From: Klebsormidium nitens
Taxonomy: Eukaryota > Plantae > Klebsormidiophyceae
DNA: 64,000 nt
Assembly: GCA_000708835.1 (NCBI GenBank)
Contig: DF237032.1
Location: 1 to 64,000 of the forward strand
Reading direction: 5' to 3'
Part shown: one piece after another, positions 47,239 to 60,869 of the stretch
Layout: each line of letters starts with the position of its first letter
Position numbering within the stretch: the stretch's first letter is position 1
Position numbers and translations under genes: made by a program
The notes under the pieces: generated by a model
Databases searched by the model: none
Told to the model about the DNA's origin: nothing
The model's input: only the letters and a program-made list of their open reading frames with translations

Positions 47239-50200
47239 ATGGCGGGCGCAGTGGTTGCTGGCCTCAGCGTTGGGACACCAGTGTTGACGAATTGGCCAAG
47301 AAAAGTACCTTTTCGAGAAGACCAGCTCGCACTTGGTGCATTCATTCCTCAAGGAAGACGAGGACTACCGCAGAACAAGGTAGGTCAGTCAAGGCGCGGT
47401 TCCCAGGTCTGCCACTGGGGTGGCTGGCTTTCCAGTGGTACTACACGAGGTTTGGACCCGGCTTCTGGTCTATGCTGCCACTGTCAAAACGCTGGTGCTC
47501 TGCGCTTCAATTGGCAGAACAGAGGACGTGGCCAAAGACACCCACGGACCGTCACGGCGTCAGCCGGCGATGAGGTCAACAATGGCGCAGGGAGTGGTGG
47601 GGAGGAGCCGGAGTCGCAGGAGGCGCAGGTGGGTACCACAGTGTCCACCACACGCAGAGGCGCAGTGTCAGCCTTCAAATTTTAACAACAGTTTTCGCTT
47701 TTTCAGGCCTCCTTATGATGATGCTCAGAGTGTGTGGCCACCTTGACTGCTTGTCAATCCAATCCGGCACGAAACAGCCCACCTACTTCTGCAAACGCGT
47801 TGGCCATCAACCATGATTTCATTTCAGGTCTCAGGCATGGTGGTGTCGCAGGTGTTTACTTGTCCTCGGGTTGCTTGTAATGTTACTAATGCTACCAGAT
47901 GGCGGTCAGATATTCTCACATTGGTACGCCCTCGATTGAATCACCGGTACCCACCACTCTGGCATCGCATTCTCGGTGCCCAAGTCAGTGCCCATATCTG
48001 CATCCTAGTACTTAGCTCACCTATCGATGACCTCTCTCCCCCCCCCCCGCTTTGTGCGCAGGCCTGGCTGCAGGATCCGTCCCTCATGCGCCGCCTGTAT
48101 CGTGCCGAGTCCCCCGATGCAGTGCTCGAGATCCTGGAGAACCACTTTGGCCAGCAGCGGGGGGGCGTGGTGGGGAGCGAGGAAGGGGCGGCGCTCATCT
48201 TGGCCGCACTCGAGGCGGGCAATGCCGACCTGGCGTTTGGCATGCTGGAAGCGATGCGGGCGGCGGGGCTGAAAGCGCGGATGGGAAAAGGGGGGCATGA
48301 GTGGCGGTGGCGGTGGAGCCCCCCCGATGTGAAAGTGTACGCGGCGTTGGTGCGGGGGTTGGCCGCCAGCCTGCGGGTGGGGGAGGCGATTGATGTGGTA
48401 GGGCAAGTGCGGCGGCGGGGCTTGCCCAAAGGGGAGGAGGTGAGGCCCGGACGGTGGGGCAAGTAGCTTTGGAAGCGATCGAAATTTGTGAGAGCTCATT
48501 CTGCGGTCCAGCAAAACAAAAGGATGATTTCATAGAAAGTTGGGACGACTTTTGATCGATCACGTGTGTTTAGAGAGAGCTTGCAGAGATCCCCCATCGC
48601 GTCTGAGCTGCGACCTGTCTCGTTGTATGTGTGCAGGTGTCGTTTGGGAAGGTTGTGGGCTGCCCCAGTTGTCGCAACGCCTCGCTTGCAGTGGTGCAAC
48701 CACAGCATGGAGTCCAGGTGGGCACATAACTTTCGATTCAATGCGAAACGAGTTCTTTTAAAAGTTAGATCTGTCTGTTGGGCAGAAACAAAGTAAGAAC
48801 CCCAACCCAGAAGATCCCACGCTCCGCAACCAAACCCACCCCTAGTTCCCAGGCAAACCCCACCCTCCGCTGGGCTTGACTTTAGTATTCATACCGTTTA
48901 TTATTGCATTCGAAATAATGACGGGCACACCGTTGTCTCAGGATCAAAAGTCATTGATGATAGTTCCCGTCCTTGCTAGTCCGTTTTCCTATTTGACTGA
49001 AGAGTTGCAAGTCCTCATCACAACCACACTTCCTATAGTGCTGCCCGCCTGATGATTCTACAGTAAGAGAAAAGATGCATTTCACACAAGCACTGCTGAG
49101 CTTGTGACCCGTGTGTGGCTTTGCCTCGGCAGGTGGTCCCCTGTTCGCAGTGCCGCTACCAGTTCGAACTAGCGTCGGGAACCGTGACCGAGGCCGAGTC
49201 AGAAGCCATCAGGTGGGCCGAAAAGAGACGCACTTGAGGGAGTAGCCGTGCAGCGCTTGTTACCATATCCATCTTCCATTTCCCAGCTGGGTGGAAATGA
49301 ACGTTTCTCCAGCAATCAATCTGACACTTTCACTCCTGCTCTGTGGATGCAATCATCCACAGCCTGCTCTTGTCGTTCATACTGCCAGGATCCTGCCGTC
49401 ACGTGTTTTGGAAAGTTCGCAGTCTTCCTCACATAACACCTGTTTCTTCAATCTGCTTTCCGCAGCTCGGACCAGTCTCTCTTCCAGCGCGCCTTCCGCC
49501 TCCTCCGCTTCCGCCGCTCGCCGCCCCCCGCCGCCGTCCACTCCCTCGTGGTGCGCGCGCCCGACGGCGTCGCGCGCACCCACCGCTTCGCCACCGACTC
49601 CGTCGAAATCCCCGCGCAAGTCGGGGACCGCGTAACCGTTTGCTCGGCGTGCCCCTCCTCCGCACGAGGGCCAGGCCTCGGGCCCCTCCGCGGAAACACC
49701 CGAACGCCCGGTTGGCAACCCGGCGAACCGATGGCGCTAACCAACCACGCGACAGGGCGCGTGAACCGGCTTCTTCGCGCCCCCGCCAGGGAAGGGGCGG
49801 GGGCGGCGCGGGATTTGTCGATGCTGGTGCCGGCGATTGTGATTTTGGCGGGGGGGGATGCGGCGACGGGGCTGATCAGCCCGGATTTGCCGGGGTTACT
49901 GGCGATCGGGGTGACTGGGACGGTGGTCGCGGGGGGCTTGGCCAGGAGTTACTTGCTGCCGCGGTTGAACCAGGTGAGACAAGCGGAGGCGTGCGCTCTT
50001 GCGCTTGCGGGCGCTTTTACAAAATGTATCGGGCGCGTTGGCGCAATCTCCGGCCCCCTTTCAGGAAACTCAATCGAACGTTTCTCTGCGGCGAGGGGAG
50101 TGAAGGTGGTTCTTGCTTGGAGTTTGAGTTGCTCTCCTGGTACCGAAAGATGGTGTCACTTCGGCATCATTCTGTTCTTGTCGATTTCAATTGGCTTTCA

Positions 50201-52908
50201 GCGAGGGTGACTATAACAGATGTTCCTTTTGCATCTCCTCTTCCCAGAGCGTGCACTGCCTTCATTTGCCTATTCCTCTCACCCGTTTGTCGTTCCTCAT
50301 CCAAATGTCCCTGCCCGTCACTCCCACGCTTATCTACAGTAAACGTATTTATTCCGTGGCCCGCTATCCTCATTCCTCCATTGCTTAGACAGTGGAACGA
50401 AGGACTCTAGAACGTGTGCTTCTCTCGTGTCCGAGATCAACCCCGAGGGGGATCCCTCTTCGCGTTGCAACCGTCTATCCGTGTGGCCCAGCACGAAGCA
50501 CTCCATAAGCGATTGGTCGATCCAATCGCCTTTGCCCCAGGCTATGGCTACCCTGTCCCGTATCTCAACTCACTCCAAACGGCAATTCTAGCTTGCACTT
50601 ACAGCAACTATTACTGAGACACAGGAGGCCCAGGCACCTTAACCAGAACCCGTAACCCAGTGACGATGCGATCCGTACTCGCACCCACCCTAACCTCTCA
50701 GCTGACCCTACTTGTCCCCCCAGGTGTTATTGGTGAACGCTACAGTTTTCAAGAGGTTCCGGTGTGCTCGTCTGCTTCTTCCTCGATTCGCTCTCTTGCC
50801 TTTGGCGCTTGATTTTGTGGATTATCAGCCTAAAGCCTCGTCGGCTATGATTGACAATCCACACCTTTTCATTGACTTGGCAATAGAAGTCTTCCGGTCG
50901 CTACACCTTGAAAACCAAGAGATCTCGGCACAAAATCATGAAATAGAGACACCAAGCCCGCAGTTTGATGCGCAACTCGCGACCACCGCTCGCAGCTCCC
51001 CGCACACGTGGCAAAACGCATCGCGTTTTGGCAGGAGCTATTCGGCGCAGCCCGAGGCACTAAGCCAGCACCTGAATGATCCGATTGCGTTTGCTTCTGG
51101 CAGTGACTATTTAGCCCGCTTCTGATCTCGCTTCTCCTCTTCACCTCTCCTGGCAGCTCCCCACGCGCGTGGCGGAACGAGTGGCGGTTCGGCAGGAGCT
51201 GCTGGCGCAGCACGAGGCGCTGCAGACGCAGCTGGCGGGCCTGGCAGACGCGGCCGCGGCGGAGGTGCGCATGCTCGCGCGCATGTGCCAGCTGGCCAAC
51301 AAAATGGAGGCCGTTGGGGAGCCGGCCGCGTATTCTGCGCGCATCCGCCGCGTGCGGGAAGCCCGTGAGGGGCTGGACCAACGGCTCGCGGCGCGGCTCG
51401 AGCTCATGGACAGCTTTGCCAAGGTGGGCGCGCGAAAACGGTTGGGCGCAGCTTCTCCCGATACTGCAAAACATCGGTAGATGGGAGGGAGGAACGTTTT
51501 TCGGGGACAGAGTGGCGCTTGGGGGCTCTGGCTGCGCAAGTTGCATTCCCCCGGCATTGTGGTCTAGTGGAGTAGAAAGTCGTCTCTCTTGGGCCCGGAG
51601 TTGATTGCAAACGTGTCCCGGGACGACGGAACGGAATGGATGGTCAACGGCAAGTATTGCGGGGCTTTAATGAAACTTCTTGCGCACACCCCTTCTTTCC
51701 ATTTACGCTGCACAGTCGCTCTCCCCCTCAACCCTGTGCCATGGGCGGTATGCAGGTAGCGTCCATGATCGAGATCGAAGTGGAGATGGATAACGACGTG
51801 CTGGCCGCCGAGAGCGCGGGGGCTGCGGTAAGTGGGCGTTGTTTTGCAGTCTTTATAGGGTCGCATTTTGGCAATGGCCCGCACCGTCCCCTTCATCCTG
51901 GGCTGGTCTGCTCCAATGCCGCGCTGCCGGTCAGGCGGCCGCGCCCTTGACGAGGGTCTCCGTGGAGCCACCAGTTTGGAAGTGTCACGATTTGGCTGCC
52001 TGTGCAAGAGCTCGGACATAGAAAGGCCGTAATATTTGGATAAATACGTGTGAATGTTTAGCCCTTTCTAGGCCGGGATCTGGAATGAGGAAACCGGTGC
52101 GTCAGCACGTGGCGGGGTGTCGCAGGAACTAGCCGGCTTGGTATGCACAGTCGTATCGTAATTATCCTCGTACCTGTCGACCCCCGATGGTCCATACTTC
52201 TCCATGTTTTATTAAAAAGCTCGATAGACTAAAGTTCTATCTTACCGGGCAAAGACAAACTAAAAACCTTAACCCAAATATTCATGCGGTTCGCACTTAA
52301 ACTCAGCCCAACCCCCAAGCTAAACCCTCCCGTCCCCAGCAAATAAACTCATCATTCATAGCGCTTGTTAATTATAGTTTTGAGTTTGCGATGGTCCTTG
52401 CTGCCCTCTCCCACACTGGAGGCCCGAACTGACTCGACGAGGTGCCGCTCTAGCGGGTTTGGGAGCGTGCTTTTACAGGCATTTGGCCGATAGTCAAGTA
52501 GCGAGTTGGATTGTGCGGTTGAGCTCGACCACTTCCTGATGCGCTCTGCATTTGGGTGTTGCGCAGGCGAACATTGCGGAGGAGGTCGAGCGGCTGATGG
52601 AGCTCAACTCATTGCAATCGGTGAGACTCATCGTTGTCCTCACCGCTGTTTCGTTCACGTTAAGCAATGGGTCTGTGGTTCGGCCAGTCTGGAAGCTCCT
52701 GAAGCGGAGCAAGCGCATGCCTCTGTGTAATTTGCTAGCTACACTGCTTCAAAAAGCATTCACTCCTTTTGGCACGGTCCGGGCTGTGTGCTTGCCACCA
52801 CTAACGCTCCCTTTTGGTTGCCGCTGACAGCAATGGCAAATCCAGGCGGAGGCGAACGAAGAAGTCGAACGCTTGCTCAGAACGGAGTCGGTTCCCGAGT
52901 ATTCATGA
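47239..52908 (+). CDS. Probable plastid-targeted protein resembling Arabidopsis At1g64430 (annotated PPR-superfamily, uncharacterised); 9 exons
   Basis: Exons 47239-47628, 48062-48439, 48637-48717, 49133-49212, 49466-49973, 51157-51423, 51756-51827, 52567-52620, 52831-52908, all phase-compatible. WSPPDVKVYAALVRGLAASLRV; two CxxC (CPSC, CSQCRYQFEL); VRAPDGVARTHRFAT; C-terminal WQIQAEANEEVERLL. Homology is recalled, not searched. Confidence 0.75.
50991..51075 (+). pseudogene. Decayed duplicate of the 5' part of the downstream exon (pseudo-exon)
   Basis: cag|ctccccgcacacgtggcaaaacgcatcgcgttttggcaggagctattcggcgcagcccgaggcac is about 75% identical to cag|ctccccacgcgcgtggcggaacgagtggcggttcggcaggagctgctggcgcagcacgaggcgc (exon at 51157), with a 1-nt insertion. 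Confidence 0.7.
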
Positions 52909-53199
52909 CTGCAACCTTATGCAGAAGCAACCATTGATTCTGTGTTTGAAAGGATCCATGGGTGTTGTTTTGTTTTGCATGACGAAGTGCTGTATCACAG
53001 GCAAGAGCTGCCAGGCATCCTATTTTGAAAGTGGAGGGGTTGCGAACATCGGTTTTACCCCCGAGGGAGGCTTGCATTGCCAGCTTCAGAGTAAGCTCGT
53101 TTTCAAGAGTCAGGCCATGTTAGTTATTCAACTTACCAAGCATGTGCTCAAATGAAGCAGACTTTGGATCTCGACACGCTCCGACGAGCCATCATATTT

Positions 53200-54000
53200 T
53201 TGATATCACACTGATGCATTGCAGCCTGCAACTCTAGCTATACATTTTCAATTTGCACCAGTGGCGGCGGGGTCCACTGCGCTGGCATCATGGCGCACAT
53301 GACCGTCCCTGTCATTGTAATAGGCGGCTGCTATACGCGTCCATGCACCACTGCCAATCACGCATGACAAAGAGCTAGAGGTCGCAACACAAATAAAGTA
53401 TGGTGCACATGCATTGCTACATCACGTACTGTCCATACATGTGCTGGCATGACCCAATCACCGGATGTTGCTGAACGTTCTGGCACGTCGGATCTGAAGT
53501 ATCATCCGCACATGCTGCATGCCCCCGGCGGCCCATGGCATATGCATGATGCCTTCGAACATGGCGGCCATGGAAGCATGAATATGTCATGCATGGCGCG
53601 TGTGATGCAGTCTATCCTGATAGACAGCCGGCCACGGCTCGCATGCCCTATATGATCGATGAATGACATGTTCTCAGCTAGTTTTATTAGTATATGACAT
53701 GCAGTATAGATACAAGGGCCACAAACCATGCCACTGAGACATACATCTATGAACCTTCCTAGGCTCTGGGGCCCGATCAACACAATAAGTTGGTCACTCA
53801 AGTCACTGAGATGATCGATATTCTTAACGGCACCGCTGATGACTGGTCATCACCAATTGGTCTATACAAAACTATGTTAAACACAGGTTGTGCTCGCAGG
53901 GCCAGTCACTATCAATGTCATTCTATAAAGGGCATGTGTTGCTATTCTCCAATAATTTCCCTCGTGGTGACCAATCTGCTTTGCCAGCCACACTTGGAAC
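53200..54000. other. Palindromic-tetramer (CATG-dominated) intergenic tract between convergent genes
   Basis: CATG occurs 7 times in 53521-53600, against about 0.3 expected. Confidence 0.65.
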
Positions 54001-54485
54001 CTGATCTTGCTTGACTCTGACCCACTTACCCATGGGCGGCAGCAACTATCTAAACTTACACGTTTAAACTCCCCTCAATACGGCTTCGCAAAACTTGCTC
54101 AACAACTCTCAGACATTCCCTTACAGTGCCTCCGGACAAAAGCCTGAAGGATGCTTCTTCTGCTCTTCCTCAAAGCAGCAATCCCGCTCGCTCAGAAACG
54201 GTACAATCACTGTTACCCCTCACCCGAAGAGAGGGTATGACTCCAGACAAAGACCCCCCCAAGCGAGCAGCCGGGGTAATTTCCAGAAGCTGACAATCAA
54301 GTGGGATCGTTTGCAAGCAACCCTGCCAGATACATCCGCTCGAGCTTCACCTTCTCGCGCCCCCTCGCAAACAACGGTTTCTTCTCCACTTTCCATCCAA
54401 TGCCGGATACCAAGAAACATAGCACCCCGCCACTTTTGCCAAACTCGTCCGCACGCTCCCCACAACGCCTCAGCCACCTCCACTC

Positions 54486-57400
54486 CTATGCAGAAGCTTC
54501 TGTTGGTTGACTCCCGCCTCGTCCCATCCCCCCTGCCGCAGCAGCCGGCCCCCCCGTCCTCGGCGCAGGAGGGCCCCCGCTGCCTCCTCCGCCCCCTCTA
54601 CGCGGTGGTCGGTTGCCCCCTTGCGAATCCGCTGGCCCTCGGCTGCTGCTGCGGCCCCCCTCTAGGCTGCCTGACCGCCCCAAATGCCCTCCCTGCGGTC
54701 CAGGACCTCGGCCCCTCCCGCCCATCTCATGCCTCTCCCCCGGGGGGCCTCCCCGACCGCCTCCTCTCCCCCCTTCCCGACCAGAACTGTACCCCCCAGG
54801 ACCGCGGGGCCCCTGCTGACGGTCACGGCTGTATGGCCGGTCACTCCCCCGGCCGCCTGGCCCGCCCCGACCGCCGCGACCTGCAGCACAAAGAGAGCGA
54901 AGTGGAAAACAGATGATGACACAACCCGAGTATCAGACCGGTTAGTGCAAGCAAAAACGTAAGGGGAAGGTTGACTGGGGCCTCTCGACTTTCGGACCCA
55001 AGATGCTGCTTTAAACGGAGTGTTTGGTGATTCCTACAAAGGTGGGGATCGTGCATATCCGCAACATTCGCACCTATGGTTTCCATAGAGGCCGTGTTGG
55101 GTCCGAGGTGAAGGGGCCCAAGGAAGGAACCAGCAATGGGGGGGGATGAAGAACTTACCACCTCGGTTGGGGCCGGAGTGCTTCTGCTCGATGTACATGT
55201 GAGCGCCTTCAAAGTCGACCGGCGAAGACTGCATGGCCCAATAGACAGGTGTTACCACGACTGGACTCGCTTGACTCTTGCTTCCGCTTGTTCTTACGAG
55301 TCTCCATCCTAAGCATGGTTGCTTCAGCAGACACGCACAGCCCGCTTCTACACTGACACGGACAGACATGAGGTGGTTGAGCACTTTGCGCCTGGGTGAA
55401 TCAGCAAGCAACCACTAGTAACGAGGGCTGGAGGGCTGACCTCAACGGCTCTTTGCGCAGATGCTTGATCCTCAAACTCCAGGAATGCAAAGGTACTCTG
55501 CACACAGAGAAAAGACACTCAGTTAGCCCCACCGAGTTGAACAGTTTGCCTTCTGATCCTTGATTAAGGATTTTATGCTGAAGAATTCAACGACCTGACG
55601 TTCCGCTTTTGTCTCTGCAACGATATGTGTTTCATAAAACTTGGAAATCAGGACCAATGAAACATGGCCTTCAGAACAGCTCTCTGGCGGATCCCTTACC
55701 GACTCTTTCCTCTTGATGCTGATCCCGTTTGCCTTGAGCACCCCAAACTGGCTGAAACACCTCTGCATGAAGTCCGGCTCCGCGCTGGGCGGCAGGTTCT
55801 TAACGAAGATGGAGCGGGAGTCCCCTGCAGATGCCAAAGCCAGGGAAAGACTTAGCCATGAATGTGCAGTGAACGAACCTGCTATCAGACAATCGTAGCC
55901 AACCTCAGGAGAACAGGGCCAATTGGTCACACATGATTAAAGCGTGACAACCGAGATGATGGGACTCAAAACAACCTGAAGCTAAACGCCGGAGGTGACA
56001 AGGGACCACTTGTTTCCTACAGTAGAGCAGGGAAGCATGACGATGCAGCCACTTACGTTCAACATAGTCGGGCACCTCTTCTGCGTGTTCTGGCGGCGCC
56101 GGTGCTGAGACTGGAGCGGTCGGTGCGCCCTCCACAGGAGCGGGGGCCTGCGCACGCGCCTTCTCAGCGGCCGCCGCCTGCGCAGGTGCGGCGCGCATGG
56201 CGGCCTCCTTCTCCCGCAGCCTCAGCTGCAGGATGACATCAGCGCATCGTCAGAATCACAGCCCAGGCGCCACAGTGAAGACGCGTGTGGCATCATAGCG
56301 ATCCGAACAAAGCTGGAGCTCCTGATAAGAACCACATTTTTGCCGGCGGTCCCAAATTGACTCACAAATGTTGACTCACTGTTTGTGCATACGTCAGGGG
56401 CGCTTTGGGCTTGTCGTCCTCTTGTGCTGGCTCGGGGTCCACCTCCATAGGGCCAGTCTCGGCTGCTGCTGCTGCCCCCTTCTCGGCGGCCTGCTCCTCA
56501 GGCTCAGGTGCAAGCGCGTCGGTCGGCGCCTTCTCAGCAGCTGGCTCCTCGTCCTCTGCCGCGGTCTCCATTGCTTCTTCCTCAGCTGGCGGGGGGGGCA
56601 CCTCCTTGGGCTTGGCCACTGGAGGGGGGGACTCCATAACCTCCTCAGGCTCGTCATCCTTCACAAGCTCAGTCACTGCAGAAAAGTTCAAGATTCCAAT
56701 CAGGAATGTACATCACTGAATAAGATCCTGAGCGGCGGCGATACATCAGATCCTACCAGTCTCAAATCCACGGTGAAACCCTAGTCAATTTAGGCCTTCC
56801 AGTGAGCAACTTCGTCAGCATGGATTGGGCGAGCAACATTGACATCCGCTGTTACAACTTACCACCATGTACAAAGCAGGCCCACTTTCAATAGTCCCTA
56901 AGGTTTTAAGACCCTAAGCTTTAACCAAGACCCTAGAAGATCAAGTAAAGCTGGACAGGCAAAAGGCCAAGGTGCCTGGTTGATCCATTACCAAAGACTA
57001 CATGGGATTGTAAGATTTGCTCACTTCTACGAAACCCCATAATACCGCAGCAATTGATAGAACTTTTATTGATCACCACCAGCCCATCATACAAACCTCA
57101 GCAAATCATGTAATCGCCCGCGCGACACAGATAATCTTCAGCGGCACATTTTAAAAGATCATGTTATAAACCTGTGACAGGCAGTTAGCTTCCAATCAGC
57201 AGAAGCATACCTTGCTCTGCATCCGGTTCATTGTCCGGCTCCAACTCATCCTCAGGTCCTGCTTCCTGTACCCCATTTGCGAGGTGAGGGGTTGCAGCAG
57301 ATGCCGTAGTGGAAGCGGTCTTCGCTGCCTCGCTTTCCTCCACCAGGAACCTCAGGATATCGTTCAGGACAAAGTAGCCAGTCTCTTGGGGCGCCAGGAA

Positions 57401-58283
57401 GAAAGTGTGAACAAAGCGGCGCTTGGCCTGGGCTTTGGTGAAGAGGGACCCGGTGACCAGGACGATGACGCCGCCATTCAGAGAATACTGGGACTCCACA
57501 GAGCGAATCTCCGCTTTGGCTTCTCTGTAGTCTACGGAGCTCACTTTGGCGTGAATTGCCTGCACCAAATACAACCCGCAAACATGAGCACCGGTGCATC
57601 ACAGATGGCCTCACCATCTCATGGGTGTCCGTACAGAGGCCCATGCCGAAGACTCTGATGAAAGAATCACAGCACGCTTGAGCATAGGCAGCTGAAAACT
57701 GTTCAGGAAACTAACCTCTAGCCTCCAGATTGCATTCAGTATCTACTATCTAATTCAGATGGACCCTGGCCAGCACACACAATGTCCCAAGCTGGTGCTT
57801 TGATCACCTTTTGGCCGATGACCGTGTCAATCTGATCTTCTCCTTCAGGCCCTGCCTCAGCCCGGGTGAAGCTGCTGGCATCAGTGTAGAAGCGATGCAG
57901 ATGGTGCGTGTTATGGCACAGGATTGAATAGTACTGTTGAACAAAGGAAGTTCCCACCTGCAAGCACGGCAACAGTCAAAAGAAGGCAGACGGTAATGAT
58001 GCTTGCAAGGTGGTAACATCCCTGACTTTTCTTCAACCTGAGATAGACTTCACCTGAAAAGAGAAGACGAACGACTTCGGATGCAACCAGGAGACGAAGA
58101 AGTTGCAGAAACCTTTGCAGTCCAGCAGCCTGTGCACCCGTCCTCACTTCAAAAGCCCGTGTAATGTGTACCAATTGGCAGAAACACAACCAATCAGGCT
58201 TGCATCGTACATCTTAAGATACTTACCACATGTGCGGCTGGTTGATTAGGGCCAGTAGGTTGGATCTCATCGTTGGCAGCCAT
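54486..58283 (-). CDS. G3BP: G3BP-like RNA-binding protein (NTF2 + acidic linker + RRM + RGG tail)
   Basis: VGTSFVQQYYSILCH...LHRFY; SQYSLNGGVIVLVTGSL; FVHTFFLAPQETGYFVLNDILRF; TYAQT; RRM with SIFVKNLP and TFAFLEFED; Arg/Gly-rich last exon ending QPTEASA* at 54486; ATG at 58283. Confidence 0.9.
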
Positions 58284-58926
58284 TTGCTTGCACAGCCGGA
58301 ACGAGGGGCTGCATATCGAAAACGAAATCCTTCACAATTGTTCACTAATTGAGTTGTCCCAAAGTGTCAGAACGAACTTGAAGAAATGCAAGAATGCGTC
58401 CAGGATATCATAGGAAAGCGAACAACCTCAGGAAGCACACCCCCACATCCCAAAACGATGCAAGAAATCAATGGGGCATACAGCACACGAAGGACGCCTT
58501 ACCTCGCAGGCCCTTGCCGGACAAGCCACGCTTGCTCACGAATGCAGTCGCCTTCGTCAGCTAATGCAACTTCGAGCTCCCAAGCTGGCCAGATTGTAAA
58601 ATTTGCGCTGGAGAAGCCGAGGATGAAGCTTCTTCTGAAGGGCAGGGGGCAAACCCTTAGAGCTTCTTGATTCTGGTTGGATATCAATCTGCTAACGTGA
58701 TTCGCCTCACCAGATTCCGCGATCCTCTAAGGTGCCCCGCTCTCCTCCCCTGCTCAGCCGTCTCTCTGTTGCAAATCGCCTTGATTACCTGAGGTGTCTA
58801 CTCTTTCTGAACGGCTGACACCATTGATCAAGCGACGCCTTTCTTAGCGCCCTGCTATGATGCTACCATCTAGCGAAGCCAGGGGAGCACAGCCAGGACG
58901 GGCACTGGTTTTAGAAAGGGCGTGGA

Positions 58927-60623
58927 ATGTCGAGTGAAGCCTCATCTGCAGTTGGGGGAATTGGAGACGCTTTTCGTGCTTATGCCAAGCAGCTCGATGC
59001 GGTGAATGAGCGCAGAGAGAGACTGGTGAAGGCGAGCAGGGACGTCACAATTGCAAGCAAGAAAGTGATCTTTGCAGTGCACCGGTGAGAATATGACCAA
59101 AATATTCATCTAAAGGTTCTTCAAACTGCCCTTAATGATGACAAGCAAACCTTTGTTGCGCCCCTGGTTTACTGCATAGTCTCTGCATAATCTCTCAGCA
59201 TTGTTTGCAAGTGCACCACCACCAAAATACATCCTCTGCGTTCTCCATCCTGCTTATTGTTGGACCTGGCAAGTCTCACTTGAACGTTTTTCTGCAGTCT
59301 TCCAGCTGATGGTGCTGGTGGTGGGGCAGAAGAGGCCGCGTTGGGCCAAGCAGAGAAAGATCTGCAGCTTATCAGAAAGACCAGTATCAAGAGAGTAGCC
59401 CAAGAGCTTCAAGATGAGGACTACTGGAGGTTTAGCCGAGCTTTCTCCCCAGGGGTACGAAACATCTGTTGCTCGACATGCTATGAACGTCAGTGCTCAG
59501 ACATACTAAAAATCTGACTCTCATCAATGAGAGCACTTCTCAATGAAAGTCCACAGTGCGACTGGCGGTCTGCCTTGCAATCCAGGTACTTTGTTTAAAT
59601 CAATTGGCTTGAAAATGTGATGTTGTCGTCATCATTATCTGTCACCTTCCTCCGTCTTGCCAAGGAAGTTTGCTCTATCAACCGCTAAAGTCTGATCTCT
59701 TTGCTCGACCGCGGCTCTTGGGCTTGAGGTCACAAACCTGCATAACTTTATCTCGTTTGTGATTCAAACAGATGCAAGAGTACGTCGAAGCGACGGCTGT
59801 CCTGCATTACGCCAAGACGGGGCGCCTGCTGACGTATGCGGAAGCCAATGCGGAGCTAAGTGAAGTCCAGGATGCGGGGGGCCAAGCGTTCCGGCTTAGC
59901 GCCGCTGATTACCTTCTCGGGGTGAGGATGCCTGGTGGGAAGATTCCGAAGTTCAACAGCAGAAGCGTCACACTCTACGCAACATTCTCATAATAGCAGA
60001 AGCCCTTCCTTAGACTTGGACGACCTCCATGTTCCAATCTATGCTCAGGCCATAAGCTCCATCCAGAATCCATTCCTAAGGGCTAAATCTCTCCTTTTGT
60101 CTGGTGTACGTAGATCACTGATCTTACTGGAGAAGTGATGCGGCTGGCCATCAGCAGCGTGGCCGCAGGCAACAAGGGGGCGGCCGCCAGCATGGCCGCA
60201 TTTGTGGGGGCCGTCTACGAGGGTTTCCACGTTGTACCCATGGTGGCAGAACTGCGAAGGGACCTGGCAAAGAAGCTCGAGGTCATGCGCAGCAGCCTCG
60301 TCAAAATCGAGACTGGTACGGCCTGAATTCTCTGGTCGGCAAGTGATCTAAGTTAGTGATCCCCCCCTGGAATGCACTTTTGTGATTGCTGCACTTATCG
60401 TCGTTGTGCATTGTGGCTCGCTCCATGATTAGCATCTTTCCTTGGCAACCGTTATTGAGTGAAACCTGATCTGTAAGAGTGCAGCTGTGCATCACTGAGT
60501 TTTTCTTCCTTGTTCCCTGCAGCTAGCTACATGGTCCACGTACGTGGCTCTGAATATCCAGAGCAGTTTCTGGCGGAGAGGCTTGCGGAAGCACCCGAAG
60601 ATCGGTTGGACCCTGACATGTAA
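58927..60623 (+). CDS. TSNAX: Translin-associated factor X (TRAX/TSNAX); 5 exons
   Basis: Exons 58927-59084, 59298-59454, 59772-59921, 60114-60315, 60523-60623. RERLVKASRDVTIASKKVIFAVHR; FSPGMQEYVEA; DYLLGITDLTGEVMRLAI (TRAX-type acidic catalytic residues); KKLEVMRSSLVKIE; VHVRGSEY. Confidence 0.9.
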
Positions 60624-60839
60624 TGTACATTAAAGACGGAAGGCTACATGTTCAAATTCCATTTTTTGTGTCGATGTTTGAGTCTTTCCCTGCCGAAGGA
60701 AGATTGATTACCTTTCAAATGTCACCTAAATGTCAAGCCAAGCCTGTAGGGTTTTGCTTCGACCCAATTTTTCGACAGATCACTGTGGGCATGCAAACGT
60801 TTTGAGTCCATTCGAGTTGGAGCTAAGGTTCACTGCAAC

Positions 60840-60867
60840 TAGCCTAGTAGCCTAGTAGCCTAGTAGC
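60840..60867. repeat. 8-bp microsatellite (TAGCCTAG)3.5
   Basis: tagcctag tagcctag tagcctag tagc at the left edge of an intergenic tract. Confidence 0.85.
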
Positions 60868-60869
60868 TG

